Positions 1 to 11,537 of a stretch of 64,000 nt of DNA are shown here, piece after piece (position 1 is the first letter of the stretch; every line of letters starts with the position of its first letter). Position numbers and translations under genes: made by a program. Source of the DNA: Octopus sinensis (lineage: Eukaryota); NCBI RefSeq assembly GCF_006345805.1, contig NW_021829832.1, positions 744,001 to 808,000 of the forward strand. The letters are read 5' to 3'. The notes under the pieces are model-generated. The model did not search any database, was not told the origin of the DNA, and saw only the letters and a program-made list of their open reading frames with translations.

Positions 1-567
1 CTGTCAAACAAAAAAATATTTTTGATAAAATGTATCAATCAATACAATCCAAAGAAACACATATACTGGATGAAAATAATAATAATTCGAAAAACTCAAA
101 AAAATATCAGAACGACTACAAAATTTTTTTAATAGGAGAACAAACAGTCAAAAATATGATTAATATATTAAATCTAAATCAATCAAAGTTGATTAATTAT
201 TTTTATAATATTCAGAATCTGCAAATTTTGTAACGAGAAAATGAAAAAGACCAATCATCTTGAAAAACACTGGGAAAAAGAATGTAAGGCACTCGGACGT
301 TGCCATTATTGTCATTATGTAATAATGATTTAACCATTTTAATTAGTTAATTGAGCTGGCGGAGTACACAAAACATTTAGAAAATGAATGCAAATCTGTT
401 AAATGTTTGATCATATTTCTATTTACGTTTTTTTAGATCTTGATGACCGTTTTAATCTGTGCCCAATTTGTCTGATTAGTTTAAATAATCAACTCTACGA
501 TCATCTTACCACAGAATGTGATCTAAATGAAAGACGATTAGTAAATATGTATTACTGCAAAAAATGA
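1..567 (+). CDS. CEP104: CEP104-like centrosomal/ciliary protein, 3' part (zinc-finger C-terminus)
   Basis: Spliced translation CKFCNEK..HLEKHWEKECKALGRCHYCHYLIELAEYTKHLENEC..NLCPICL..LYDHLTTEC resembles the CEP104 C-terminal zinc fingers; 28-nt GT-AG intron 319-346; TGA at 565-567; 5' end outside window. Confidence 0.65.
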
Positions 568-880
568 CAATTTTAAAAGTACTCATTTCCTGTAAAAACC
601 ACAAAATTTTTATACCTCACATCATGAAATTTTCCCTTTTTCTATTTATCTATTTTTAATCTTTCTCTATTAAAGTCAAGTGAAAAAAAACGTTTTAGAA
701 TGTATAGACTTATAAATCATTCAAAAAGTAAATTGAAAATATTTAAGAATACAGAGACGCTACTAAAAAGTTGATGCTTGTAGTAGTGATTAAAAATCAT
801 GTTTCTATCATCTTGTTTGGACTCAACAAAATTATAGAGATTAATAAAAGACCTACAATTTGGAAACCCGGTACCCATTA

Positions 881-2936
881 TTATAGACCAAAGAAATATA
901 GAAAATTAGTTTGAATCGCTGTCGCTTGTATCAATACTGTTATACATGTGATTAAGAGTTTTCTGTCGAAATGCAATGTTCTATTGTAATTAGAACGTAT
1001 AAATACGTTCAAAGTTGCACTATTTATATGTGTAGTCATTAAATCCTTAATCAAATCGACATCAATGTCATTCTCCTCGTCATTTCTGCTGATTCCAGAG
1101 CTGGGCAATTTTTCATGTTCCATCTAAGCAAAATAACTCATAAAAGTCACTGGAATATTAAAAACGTGGAAAAAATATGTAGGAAGGTAAAAGTAGAGGG
1201 TAGTCGGAGAATGGCTGTAAATATCAGCATACATTTTGACTTGATGGAAAAAGTAACTATGCAGAGAACCTAGGAATCAAATCTTAAACAACACGCCTGA
1301 TCGGAATGTGCTGCCAAAAGTCCCATAATTTGCATCAATCATTCGACTTAAACACTAAGTGGATCACCCTTTTAAAATACCTTGTAAACAGAAGAAATTC
1401 CATTTACTATATTTTTATGATCTAATTTTAAATCTTTTTTACAAATAGACCTGTGGAATGAATATTTGAGAATACATTTGTTTTTGCTGTATTTTATCAA
1501 GTCCGTCAAGTATTTTGTATCCACCGAGACACTTCTTCCAGTGGAAAATCTCCGATTTGAGATCAGGAATGATCAAAAAAGTTTTCCAAGAAATTTTCTT
1601 CGATTTGAGAATGTCTCCATAAATCGAATCCCCAACGTAAAGAACAGACTGATGATTTACACCTGTGAGTCGACAGAATTCAAAAGCCGAGCCTAAATTG
1701 AATTACACTAGAAAAAAACCCCTAGAATAAATCGACCCAGGTTTCAGTTTGTCGAATTCACATTTAAGAGTTGTTTCTTTACTCACCTAAGTTAGCATTC
1801 AATATGCGACTTGATCGACAAGACGAAAGTGGCGATTTTTTTCTGTGAAAAAACTCGGTTTTTTAGAATCGACGATAATGAAATGAAAATAGTCTCTCCA
1901 ACTAGTGTCCCCATCATCAAGAAGATAGCTCATTATGGTCTAGAAGTGATCATATAGCACTACGTCAACATAGTTATACTTGCTGTTTGTCAAAAGGAAC
2001 GTTTTTCCCCCACAACTCAAAATTCTATAGTTAAATTCAAGAATCTACAGAGAAAGCATTTGAGGGAGCAACGGATCCTTATCGAGATATTTTGAGATAC
2101 TAGCCATGACTAATTTTTTGAGTTTCTATAGCTTATAAGGCACATAAAAGACATTTGCATGTACGAATGTGGATGCCTGGTCAATATCAAAATAAATATC
2201 GGCAAAAAAGATAATATGTTTCCCATCGTCTACGTATATACCATCTTTCTTTCTAATAGTAAAAAAGTGACATAAAATTCACTCTGTAACAGGTCCCAAC
2301 TCGGTATAGTAGTCGATGGACATTGAGACTATGTTTATCACTATAAATAAACAAAAATAGGTTTAGGTTACTTGTTTTGCAATACACCGTACTCATAATA
2401 ACAATGTACTTCCCTCGTAGATCGACTAGTCGTTTTGGATAGTACCAGTCAGTTTCTCGTCTACATTATTTGCGGAAGAATTACTGTTCCATAAGTCGAG
2501 TTCCGTGAGTAGCAACTAGAATGTGTCCGCGGGGATCGACTTTGAGGAAGTTCCCGTAAATAACATCATAGGCCACCCCCCTAAAATCGTCTGCTAAGAA
2601 ATTACCTGACGGGGAATTCAGGATTATAATTAAATTCAAGAAATTTAGTAGGATACCCAATTTCCACTAAATGCTGCTTTATTAAGTCAAATATTAATTT
2701 TTCCATTTCAGGGGACTTGTAAACTACACAGTAAAGTTTTGATAACTTTACTTGCCAATGTGTAGTCCATGTCAAATCCGAAGTAATTTACTTTGTCTAG
2801 TCGCAAAGTTGAGTTTGCGTAAATTCTACTTGTTATTACGGAAAACTGACTTATCTGAATATTTTTCTTCAAAGGATTTATTCACATTCTTGCTAGAACG
2901 AAGAAGAAAGGACAGCTGTTTTGCAAACGAATCCAT
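881..2936 (-). CDS. NT5C2: Cytosolic purine 5'-nucleotidase (HAD family), multi-exon
   Basis: Motifs [86 protein letters not shown]; micro-introns between them; ATG at 2936, 3' end approximate. Confidence 0.9.
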
Positions 2937-3863
2937 TCTTTCGTATGATATTATTTAGGTATGTATTAAAAATTATTATTTTAACAATTTATTCATTCCT
3001 ATAAAAAATGCAAAATATATTTTAATTTAATGAAAATTAACAAAGTCCCCGAGTAAGTTACCTTTTAGATACCAAGATTTAAGACATACACCAAACTAGA
3101 GAAGGACAGTCTAATATGTTACCGACTATATCAGATGTAAAATTTACCTTTGACAGTTTAATCAGGTTTGTTTTATTGATTGGCACTCCAATCATGTAAG
3201 TCTTTAAATGAACAAATTTTTTCAATCATTTAGAAGAAAAACGTTTTCGAATTAACTTAATCGGCATGCAAGCCGGATGAAAGAGCTGTTCCGTGCAAAA
3301 CGACCAACAGGACTCTCTAGATTAGGAAAGTAAATTCTCTAAGATCCTCAAAGGTAAATTCCTGAATCCTCCCTGTTTCAAGCACGTTATTAAAATTAGT
3401 GCTTCGAAATTGACTGAAAATTGAATTTACTATTTTTAACCCATCTAGTGGATGGTTAAATCATTTTAAGAGAAACACGAGCTGCTTTTTAAATGTTTAT
3501 CTATTATTATAATTTTTTTGGCAGGAGAATCAAAATCTATTGTCTAAAAGCATATGAAAAATCTATTGCCAACTTTTCTCTGATCATAGGGTTTCTAACT
3601 GTCCCAGAATTTTTCCGTTCTAAATGGTTAAAAAAAGATAGCATGTTATGCCTGTCTAAAATTTATGGTGTCCCGGAATAGCGTCCCGGTATAAAGGTGT
3701 CCCAGAATCGAGAAACAAAAAGTTGGAAACCCAAATTTTATTACAAATTATGGAAGTACTAATAGCTTAAATTATGGCAAAACGGTATTCTATATTAAAC
3801 AAACATCAACGAAATCATTTTTAAGTAGATAATAAATAGGTTTATTTTGACAAAAAATAGCTG

Positions 3864-4121
3864 ACATAAAATTAAGGGCCGGTAGTGGCTTTGCACTGTA
3901 AGTTGTCCATGGTTAGTCTTTTCTCTTGTCTAGGAACCTTCGAAACTGGTTTTCGACAAGGTAGTCAATCATTGGGAATTTTTAGTGCTAACTCGGAATG
4001 TTTTCTCAGATTCACGCTGAAAGCCACCTTGAGCGCTAATCTCCTCGTTTCCTTCAGTAGTTTTATGATTCTTGCCTTAAAGGGGAACAAAATCCACCCT
4101 TCCAGTCCATACATCAGCATA
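3864..4121 (-). mobile_element. 5'-truncated 3' end of an APE-type LINE (same family as 43230-45420)
   Basis: Reverse complement matches the 45215-45420 region; 12-bp direct repeat AAAAAATAGCTG at 3852-3863 and 4122-4133. Confidence 0.8.
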
Positions 4122-4281
4122 AAAAAATAGCTGCCTGGAAACCAGGGATAGACAAAATTTGATTGGAAACGTGATCATTTGTTTACACCGTTTTTTCCTT
4201 AGGATAATGTTTTCTTTCATTTTTAGAAAATTATTCGCGTTATTGAGGAAAAATTGGACTTCAATTATGCTGCAATAATTT

Positions 4282-4711
4282 TTTAAGAGTGATTAGTTTA
4301 TTACGAAAAAAGAATTCGGTCAAGTGGTGAAAGCTTCATGGACGGGAAGCCGACGCGATCGAGAAAGAATTAGAGCGTACTATCGCAAAGGATACCCGCT
4401 CGAAAAACCATCTTGATTCGCGGGCGTCGTCTGTGATAGCAGACATGCGGGACCCGATCTCCTGAACGGAGCTGATTGCCTTACCGCCCAAGGAACCGGA
4501 AGTCTCAGCCGCGAATGGAAGGAATTGGAACTTCTCCGTAAGTGAGGAGTACTTCCGCATCTTTTTGCATTCCGCGGTTGTGACAATAGATCCAGGGGCG
4601 GATGCGGACATCAGCAGGTTCTGAGGCGAGAAAGAGTCCACACACGTGACATCCCAGGTAAGAGGCTTCCCCCTGTTGAAGGGAAACACAGTGATCCCGT
4701 CAGGCCTTTTC
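4282..4711 (-). mobile_element. CRE-clade non-LTR retrotransposon, 5'-truncated (RLE endonuclease end)
   Basis: KRPDGITVFPFNRGKPLTWDVTC..AECKKMRKY..FLPFAAETSG..WFFERVSFAIVRSN; TSD CTGCAATAATTT at 4270-4281 and 4712-4723. Confidence 0.9.
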
Positions 4712-4723
4712 CTGCAATAATTT

Positions 4724-4807
4724 GGGTCATCGAGAACGGACATGGCTTTTCCAACGCATATCAATAGCCATCTTGCGTGGGAATTGTCATTCCATCTTGT
4801 CCTCCTA
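4724..4807 (+). mobile_element. Very short CRE 3' tail (subfamily of the 7510 copy)
   Basis: HRERTWLFQRISIAILRGNCHSILSS*, near-identical DNA to 7560-7640. Confidence 0.8.
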
Positions 4808-5176
4808 AACATTTTGACTTTAATCCAATAATTGATATTTACAGATTAATAACTGATTTTCTTTATTTGGGTTAAAAAGCAAAAATTAGACAAATATTAA
4901 ATAAAAAAGAAATTTAGAAAAATTAAAGCAATTTTTTTACCATCGAATTTTGGAACACGTTGAAAATTTCGCGTCCTAAGCCGAGGTTGGATCATATCCA
5001 AAATTTGACATTATGTAAACAAGTGCAAAAACGTTCACGACTTTTTACTCGCAAATGTTAAGATATATTATTAAAAATTTATTAAAATATATTCCACCAT
5101 CAATCGCCTAGTAATAATCGAATTTATAAACTAATATTGACTATTTCCTAACAAAAAGTGATTAAAAATGATTTAT

Positions 5177-5619
5177 CTAAGAAGCCTGGATGGAATCGAT
5201 TTGAGATATTGACATTTCAATATCATCCTACTCGAATAAAAATAAACACAGCTCACATTTTGACGTTGTTGCAATTCATATTCCGCTTCGGCAGCCTCAT
5301 ACTGAAAGACTGAATTTGTCAAACCAAGACAAGAAGCCATTCCATACCCAACTCCTTGAAAACCTTAAAAGTAAGCATAACAGAATTCCCACATTCGACA
5401 GTCCTCGTCATAAACTGCGGGAGGAAACTCATTAGAGAAGACTGAAAAGGTTTAATGGTAAGACTAAACGCCGTATTGGGAGACGACGTCATTGTCCAAT
5501 TCTTCATCCTCACTGAATGTTCCGTCCTCGTACTGTCGAGTTGTGGAGCCATCTTTGAAATGGATTATTCTTTCGACTTTCTTTGGTTCAACTTTCACCG
5601 TACATTCTCCAGTTTCCAT
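5177..5619 (-). CDS. FAM177A1: FAM177-family protein
   Basis: METGECTVKVEPKKVERIIHFKDGST..EDEE..GVGYGMASCLGLTNSVFQYEAAEAEY after removing three 28-29 nt introns; matches the FAM177 RxIHFxxG and ASxLGx.xxYQY pattern. Confidence 0.7.
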
Positions 5620-5750
5620 TCTGTGTGATAAGTGACCACAAAGATATATTTATATTTTGATTAACATTTTAAACATTGATTTAGTTTTGAATTAAATTTA
5701 TCAATAATTACATTGATAAACCATCTATAAAAAATAAAAAAAGCATAATG

Positions 5751-6270
5751 CAATCACTCATATATAAAACTCAGAAAAATAGAATTGAACATAAACGGTC
5801 TCCAAAAAGAATTTATTTCCTTAGATTTGAGACCCATCACAAAATCACTTGAAAAAGTGTAAATAAAATGACGCTGTATTTGATACTTGGTACTTTTTAC
5901 TTTAGTTTTTAATAATTTTATGTACAACCTTCTCATTATTGTTAAATGCAATGATGAATTTGCTTTATTTTTTAAAGCTATCATATGTGACTTATCAATA
6001 AAACAGCGGTAATTTATATGCATTAAAAGGCGAGAGAATGACCTCTTCTTAGCATTCACGTGGCTTCCTATTTTTGGGGGCGGGACTCTCAAGTTAAGCT
6101 CATCGAACAGAGTTTCAGGGATATTCAAAAACCGGTTGGTTTTTAATGTCATTTTTTGATTGAGAGACACCCCACAAAGCCGAATTTGCACCCAGTCGAA
6201 ATTCTGCCTGTTTTCCCCGACTTTGACGTTTATTTGTAATGTTTGTTAATCATAGTTTTGGAAACATTCA
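5751..6270 (-). pseudogene. Unidentified decayed coding sequence, paralogous to 10800-11537
   Basis: 145-aa ORF shares FIDKSxxIxLKNxKANxSLxxTIMxRxY and the downstream AGACCGTTTATGTTCAAT (minus strand) with the second copy; no family recognised. Confidence 0.35.
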
Positions 6271-6614
6271 TTTTCACATGTGGTGTTTGACAGTGACCTG
6301 ATTATTGCCAATGTTTCTAAGGAAAGACTGTGTTTTCTAGAATAAACTGCAGACTTGGTGAGTATCTGTCTTCTATTTTAAGTGTAAAACTCACGAGGAG
6401 GCGACATTTGGACAAGAGTGAACATGTCAGTGTTTCCAAACTGATAGTCAAAAACAGGCCTTTTACAGGGGGGAAATACAGTCTCTTTTTTCAGAGGATG
6501 AAAATTTGGAGACCAACGTGTTTGATGGAGATTATGATAATACTTCTTCCAATTAATAAAGTCGTCTTTTTATATTTAATGTCGATATACTAGTTGTTAT
6601 AAAAATAATTTATT

Positions 6615-8319
6615 CGAGAATAAAAAAGGCATTAGATATCTTTGGGAGAAAAATGTTGAATATAAACAAATCCTGCTTTGACGCAGTAAAATATCTAATA
6701 ACACTTCTTTTGGTCATTTATAGAGGGAACAATATTAATATTTGTGTAGAGAGAGGGATTCATGAGTCCCTCCACATCTATATGGGCACAATCAGCCCTT
6801 TCATCTCTGAAAGACATGTTTCGATCACTCGTGGAGTGAATCAACTTTCCATTTTTATAAACAAAAGAGGCCAAGGTCATTGACAAATATCTGGCATTAT
6901 CTCGAATGTGTTTCCTCGACATGAGTCTGATATGAACCAGCAATTTACCCAAATTGTCACACGTAACAAAAGCCTGGCCATCCTGACTAAGAAATGCAAA
7001 ATTAATAAGCAATAACCCGATTATGTCTGAGTGTGTAGAACTGAGTCCCCTTCCTGGCTTCAATCATGGCAACAGATGTCCTGAACACTGAACTCAAAAT
7101 CAAATAACATTTTGAATGTTCACTCCAAAACGTTTGTTTTATAGGAACAAAACATTCGCCATAATTAAATCGTTTGAGTACTATTCCACCTTGAAGGTAA
7201 TCAACCAGTACTAAATTCCCATACGAACAACACGAATAAATCAGCGATTTCCTCCCCTCTTTGAATCTCAAAAAATAACAGGCCCGTGGTGGACAGACAT
7301 CACAACCAGTGGAAGCATGTCCGCGGAATTAATGTTCCACATCGCAATCCCCCACGGCCAAAACCAGCAGCCACCAGATTGTGTGGAACGTTCGGGGACC
7401 AATCGACACAACAACACTGCCCCATTTTGAACAAATTTGACAATTTCCGACTATCAATCATCAATTTTAATATAATCTCAAATACAAAATTCCCTTTAAT
7501 TTTCCCCAAATCTAAAAAATTCCTTATTAAACTGGGGTACCTGGCAAGCAGAAGGAGAAATGATCATCGGGAAAGGACATGGCTTTTCCAACGAATATCA
7601 ATAGCCATCTTGCGTGGGAATTGCCATTCCATCTTATCCTCTGCTTCTAATTAAATTGTTGAAATAGTAGTGTCGTATTAAAAAAATTTTCCCCAATGAA
7701 AAAGGCGGGAAAAACAGTCTGAGCATATCATCCGAACAAGCCAATGCCAGTAAACCAAGCATCCCTTCCTTCCGATACCCTGGATTCCACGAAAATTGAA
7801 CAATTCGATAGTTTTGAGGACTATAAGAATATTCACGAACAGGCTGGAATTCAATTTCCGGATATTTGAGACCAACAGACCACATCTGCAGCACACACTG
7901 GGCAGATGTGGGCAGTTAGGTGCCGTAGGGAGTGCTTTCTATCACATTTCCGTACATTGAGGGAATTTCCGACGTGAAACAAAAAGGCATATAAAAACGA
8001 CGATTTTGTGAAATGAGAGGACACCATTCGGCTGCCAACACAAGTCCCCAGACATTGAAACAAGAATGATCAGAAAGGTCGTTTTTGACCCATTTTTTAC
8101 ATCATTTTCTTCTCTCACATGTGAGACTGAGTAGAAATGATAGATTTCGAACGGGTTTCCTGTCCAGTCAACTGATGGATTCTTCTGGTCGCCAATTTGC
8201 TTATTTTCCAAATCAGAAATGGCGGTTCTGACTTTTTTGTTGAACCTGTTTTTGGGTTTTTTGTTCAACTTGTTTTTGGGATATTTTAGGAACGGCAATT
8301 CAACATCCGAATTTAACAT
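6615..8319 (-). pseudogene. GTF3C2: TFIIIC subunit 2 (TFIIIC110)-like WD40 gene, disrupted in this sequence
   Basis: LQMWSVG, LGLLALACSD, GQCCCVDWSPNVPHNLVAAGFG, GIAMWNI, ARKGT recall human GTF3C2; CRE insertion in exon (7510-7684) and a 1-nt frameshift in a homopolymer near 7349-7353; ends approximate. Confidence 0.7.
7510..7684 (+). mobile_element. CRE 3' tail with poly(A), inserted antisense into the GTF3C2 exon
   Basis: KFLIKLGYLASRRRNDHRERTWLFQRISIAILRGNCHSILSSASN*, then A7; TSD AATTTTCCCCAA at 7498-7509 and 7685-7696. Confidence 0.9.
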
Positions 8320-8469
8320 CAAATTTACCTCAGAATTTGATTCAGAATTTTCATCAGAATTTTGACATTTTTTTATATTTGCTGTTGAATCCTGAAGAAG
8401 AGTTGTCCCCAGATTTAATTATTGAGGCACACAATAATGAGCTAGACCAAATTATGATAGAAGAAGATA

Positions 8470-9175
8470 CAGGTATACTACAGGTTGAAAGTAGAATCGG
8501 CTTTTCGTACGGCAGAGTCAATACCGAGGGCAAACAGCAGTGGACCAAAAAGGTCCCCCTGATGAACGACTGTACACGATTAGATGATTTTATCTCCAAA
8601 AAAAAGAGAGCTGTCTGATCAGTATGCCAAGTGAACCAACCAGAGGACCCTTTCCATGCAACCTTCGAGAATTACATCTCTTCTCAGGCTGTTGAATTAT
8701 TATTATTAAAGCCCTGCCGCAAGATTGTATCTTGATGAAGCCAGCCAAGAAGATCAGGACAGAAAAAGAACATGCTAGAAACTAACTAATCCGAAAGATG
8801 TTGTTTACATCAAACGTACGATCATACTTAGTCGTAAATACCCGTTCCCATCCGAACACGGCAGTTAAGCGATTACAGGCTGTTCTAGTACTTGGCTGGG
8901 TGACCGCCTGGGAACAAACAGTGTCGTACAAATTTATTTGTCTATGTTGGTTACTTTTTAATGGTGGAAAATAGTCAGGCTGTTGAATGCATTCTTAATG
9001 TCCAGTTTTATAGCTAAAACTTCCGAATCATTCGAGTTTCTTTTTTTGCGAAAAGAATTTTATGGTTACATGCACTGCAGCTTCACATCCATTTGGATAG
9101 TTCGCAGCTGAGTCTCTGTGATGCTTTCTGTAAAGCGACTTTAGCAGCCAATTTAAAATATTGACTAAAATAACT
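8470..9175 (-). mobile_element. Decayed CRE reverse-transcriptase fragment interrupted by a 5S cassette
   Basis: LAAKVAL..PNGCEAAVHVT..AIKLDIKNAFNSL | RRDVILE..LAY*SDSSLFFGDKII*SCTVVHQGDLFGPLLFALGI..FNL*Y; in frame once 8698-8989 is removed. Confidence 0.85.
8814..8932 (+). rRNA. 5S: 5S rRNA gene (single dispersed copy)
   Basis: GTACGATCATAC..AGTTAAGCG (box A)..TAGTACTTGGCTGGGTGACCGCCTGGGAAC (box C)..TCGTAC; helix I and II pairings intact with compensatory changes; T6 at 8955-8960; ends +/-2 nt. Confidence 0.95.
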
Positions 9176-9294
9176 AATTCTCAACCAATACTCCTAAAAA
9201 GGCAAAATATCAACAAATAATGAATTATGATTAGCAAAGATATGTTAGTTAGTGACATTCAGAACAGCAGTGATAAAATAGTCAATATTGGCTG

Positions 9295-10320
9295 TATTTA
9301 GGCCAGTTATATTTGGCCATCACTGGTCATATAAATAGAGTATTCAGTACTCACCAAGTCGACCTAACATTCCTAAAAACACCCAACTTGATCTTTTCCC
9401 AACCCAAAAAACCCAGTAAAATAAAACATGCCAATCTGCCTCTCAATGTGACCCAAATCGAGAGTCGAACCAGTGAGACACCCCGTCCTTTCGCCATGAC
9501 TGGACGAGGAGGATTGTACTGTTGGTGGCCGAGACCACCATATATCGGACAGGGAAGGCATCTCTGTCGACGTATCCCTGATAGGTCATATCGAAAAAGG
9601 CAAAACACTTTTTTTACACAACAAATCCAAAATTTACTTCCATTCGTCCATCTATCAAACTTACAGACCATCATAACTGTCAGGTCCACTTCTGTCGGGT
9701 TGTGAGCACATAAATAGAGGAGGACTACTGACTCGTCCTCCCAATGCCTTCCATTAGGATAGAAAAGTAACCTCCAAGTCAGAGATCAGGCCAGTAAAAT
9801 CCAATCCTCTGGTCTGAGGGTCGTAGTAGCGGTAATGCTTTAGTTCCATTCCCACCATTCTGAGATTGGCAACACGTGGAATACAGAAATATGCCACTAT
9901 GGTTGGCCCAGGAAGAATTGTGGATAAAAATCTCCTTTTTCCCAGCCCAATTCTTTATCAAAAACTCACCGCCCAGTTCCAAAGACTGTCTGGACACTGC
10001 AGTTCTTTGAACATTAATTTAATGCAACTGACCAGTCGGTTCTATACGAGTGGGGAGTTGTGGCCAAATGACAACTACGTAGCACAACAACAGAATCCAG
10101 GGACTCCGGTAAGTGGAGGGTGCTCCTTGTTTAGTGACTGGGTGGACATTATTTGTTCAGCTTTGACACTTTTTTGACAGATTGGAGAACTAGTTGCTGT
10201 CCTCTGTCATCTCGGTAGGCACCTATAGAGGTGCCCCAATGGACGCATTTATAGACAAAATTATGGTTGTGTGATTGATTTGTGTTGTAGGCGGGCACGT
10301 GGTTAAGTCGAGTATTGATG
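9295..10320 (-). pseudogene. GOT: Aspartate aminotransferase (GOT) pseudogene, intron-containing
   Basis: [67 protein letters not shown]; in-frame stops at 10075-77, 10042-44 and 9634-36; frameshifts; internal deletion. Confidence 0.85.
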
Positions 10321-10639
10321 TTTATAACTGTGCGGCGAGAAAGTTTGTGTTTGTGGTTATAATTAGTGTGCCTCGACACGTGGATGGGAAAGTGGTCGAC
10401 CGTCGAGTGGAGAAGAGGGTGTCCCAAGTGGAGAAGTTGGAGGGTGATTTGGAGGAGGGTGTCAAGGAGAGTATTGACGAGGAATCGATGAATAAATGTG
10501 GGTGTTGAGGGTGATGTGTAGTGGACATGGAGGGGCTTATGGTGCCTGTTTTCCCCATCAACTATGCATTGGACACGAAGTACGGTTTTAAATTGATCAA
10601 ATCATAAAATAATAGTTACATCAGAATTTAACAAAGCCA

Positions 10640-10790
10640 TTCATTAGAAGTGGACCCCGCCGACATTATCAACGTTTCGTTGTCTCTCACGATAGCAACA
10701 GAGATCAACTCGAGAAGCCACCAGGTTTTACGTTTATCGTGACTTTTTAATGTGGCTAAGCATCCAAGCTTCTTTAAGAAGCTTCTTTCT
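10640..10790 (-). mobile_element. Degenerate CRE 3' tail
   Basis: FLKKLGCLATLKSHDKRKTWWLLELISVAIVRDN..IMSAG matches the CRE C-terminal helix motif; no clear TSD. Confidence 0.65.
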
Positions 10791-10799
10791 TTAAACAAA

Positions 10800-11537
10800 A
10801 CTCTGAAAAATATAATTGAACATAAACGGTCTTTAAAAAAATTTAATACTTTAGTTTTTGGTGATTTTTCTGTGTCAAAATAAACTTAAATTGTACAAAC
10901 AAATCGAGTTTTATAAATAAACAATATAAAAACTGAAAGACAAGGATGACTTTCATAATAGGCAATTGGGAAAAGTCAAATAGCAGAGTGATTTCGTCTG
11001 GCCTAAAATCTTGGTTTTATTGATGAATCCGAGATGAATGCTAAACTGGAACTTTCAAAAAGTGACATATAAAACCTGCTCATTATTGTTCAAAGCAATG
11101 ATAAATTTGCTTTATTGTTTTTAAACTATTATATCTGACTTATCGATAAACACTGTTTGATTTTAATCGGAAGCTGTTTCATCTGCGACTGCACAGAGAA
11201 GCGAAGAAGGGTATTCAGCAAAAGGCCGAAATTTTTGACACGTGGGGGAGTATGTGGACAGCACTTCTTCGCAAGGTGTGTCGTTTTCGTTTTGTGAATT
11301 CGATGCTTTCTTGATGACCGAATCTTGTGGTGGCTGTTTACATACTTTTCCAAAAATAGCTTTTTCGTTTAGAGATTATGGCTATATAAAACAGCAAGAA
11401 TATTAGTTCTTCGGTGGAGCAGACCAACATCAACTTGATTGTAAGAATTAGGCATTGTCGAGCTCTTTTTGATGATCAAAGTAAGAATGGCGGAATGTAT
11501 GTCGAGAACGGTCAAGTAATTTATTTTTGGGAACATT
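10800..11537 (-). pseudogene. Unidentified decayed coding sequence, paralogous to 5751-6270
   Basis: Homologous blocks at about 11090-11165 versus 5945-6015 and 10815-10835 versus 5780-5800; multiple stops. Confidence 0.35.

Noticed and set aside
3030-3350. Small plus-strand spliced gene
   Set aside because: No intron combination gave a convincing product
4282-4807. Second twin-priming inversion
   Set aside because: The two halves are divergent subfamilies covering the same protein end, and the minus copy has its own TSD
8337-8618. Plus-strand 93-aa ORF as a gene or transposase fragment
   Set aside because: It is the antisense shadow of the CRE RT relic
9700-9790. MATH-domain-like peptide WRLLFYPNG
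   Set aside because: It arises from reading through a 24-nt intron of the GOT pseudogene
9295-10320. TAA/TAG read as Gln (alternative genetic code), suggested by stops at Gln-like positions in GOT
   Set aside because: Intact genes end in TAA or TAG (IDH3B, BTG, NDUFAF7, FAM177), and the GOT copy also has frameshifts and a deletion
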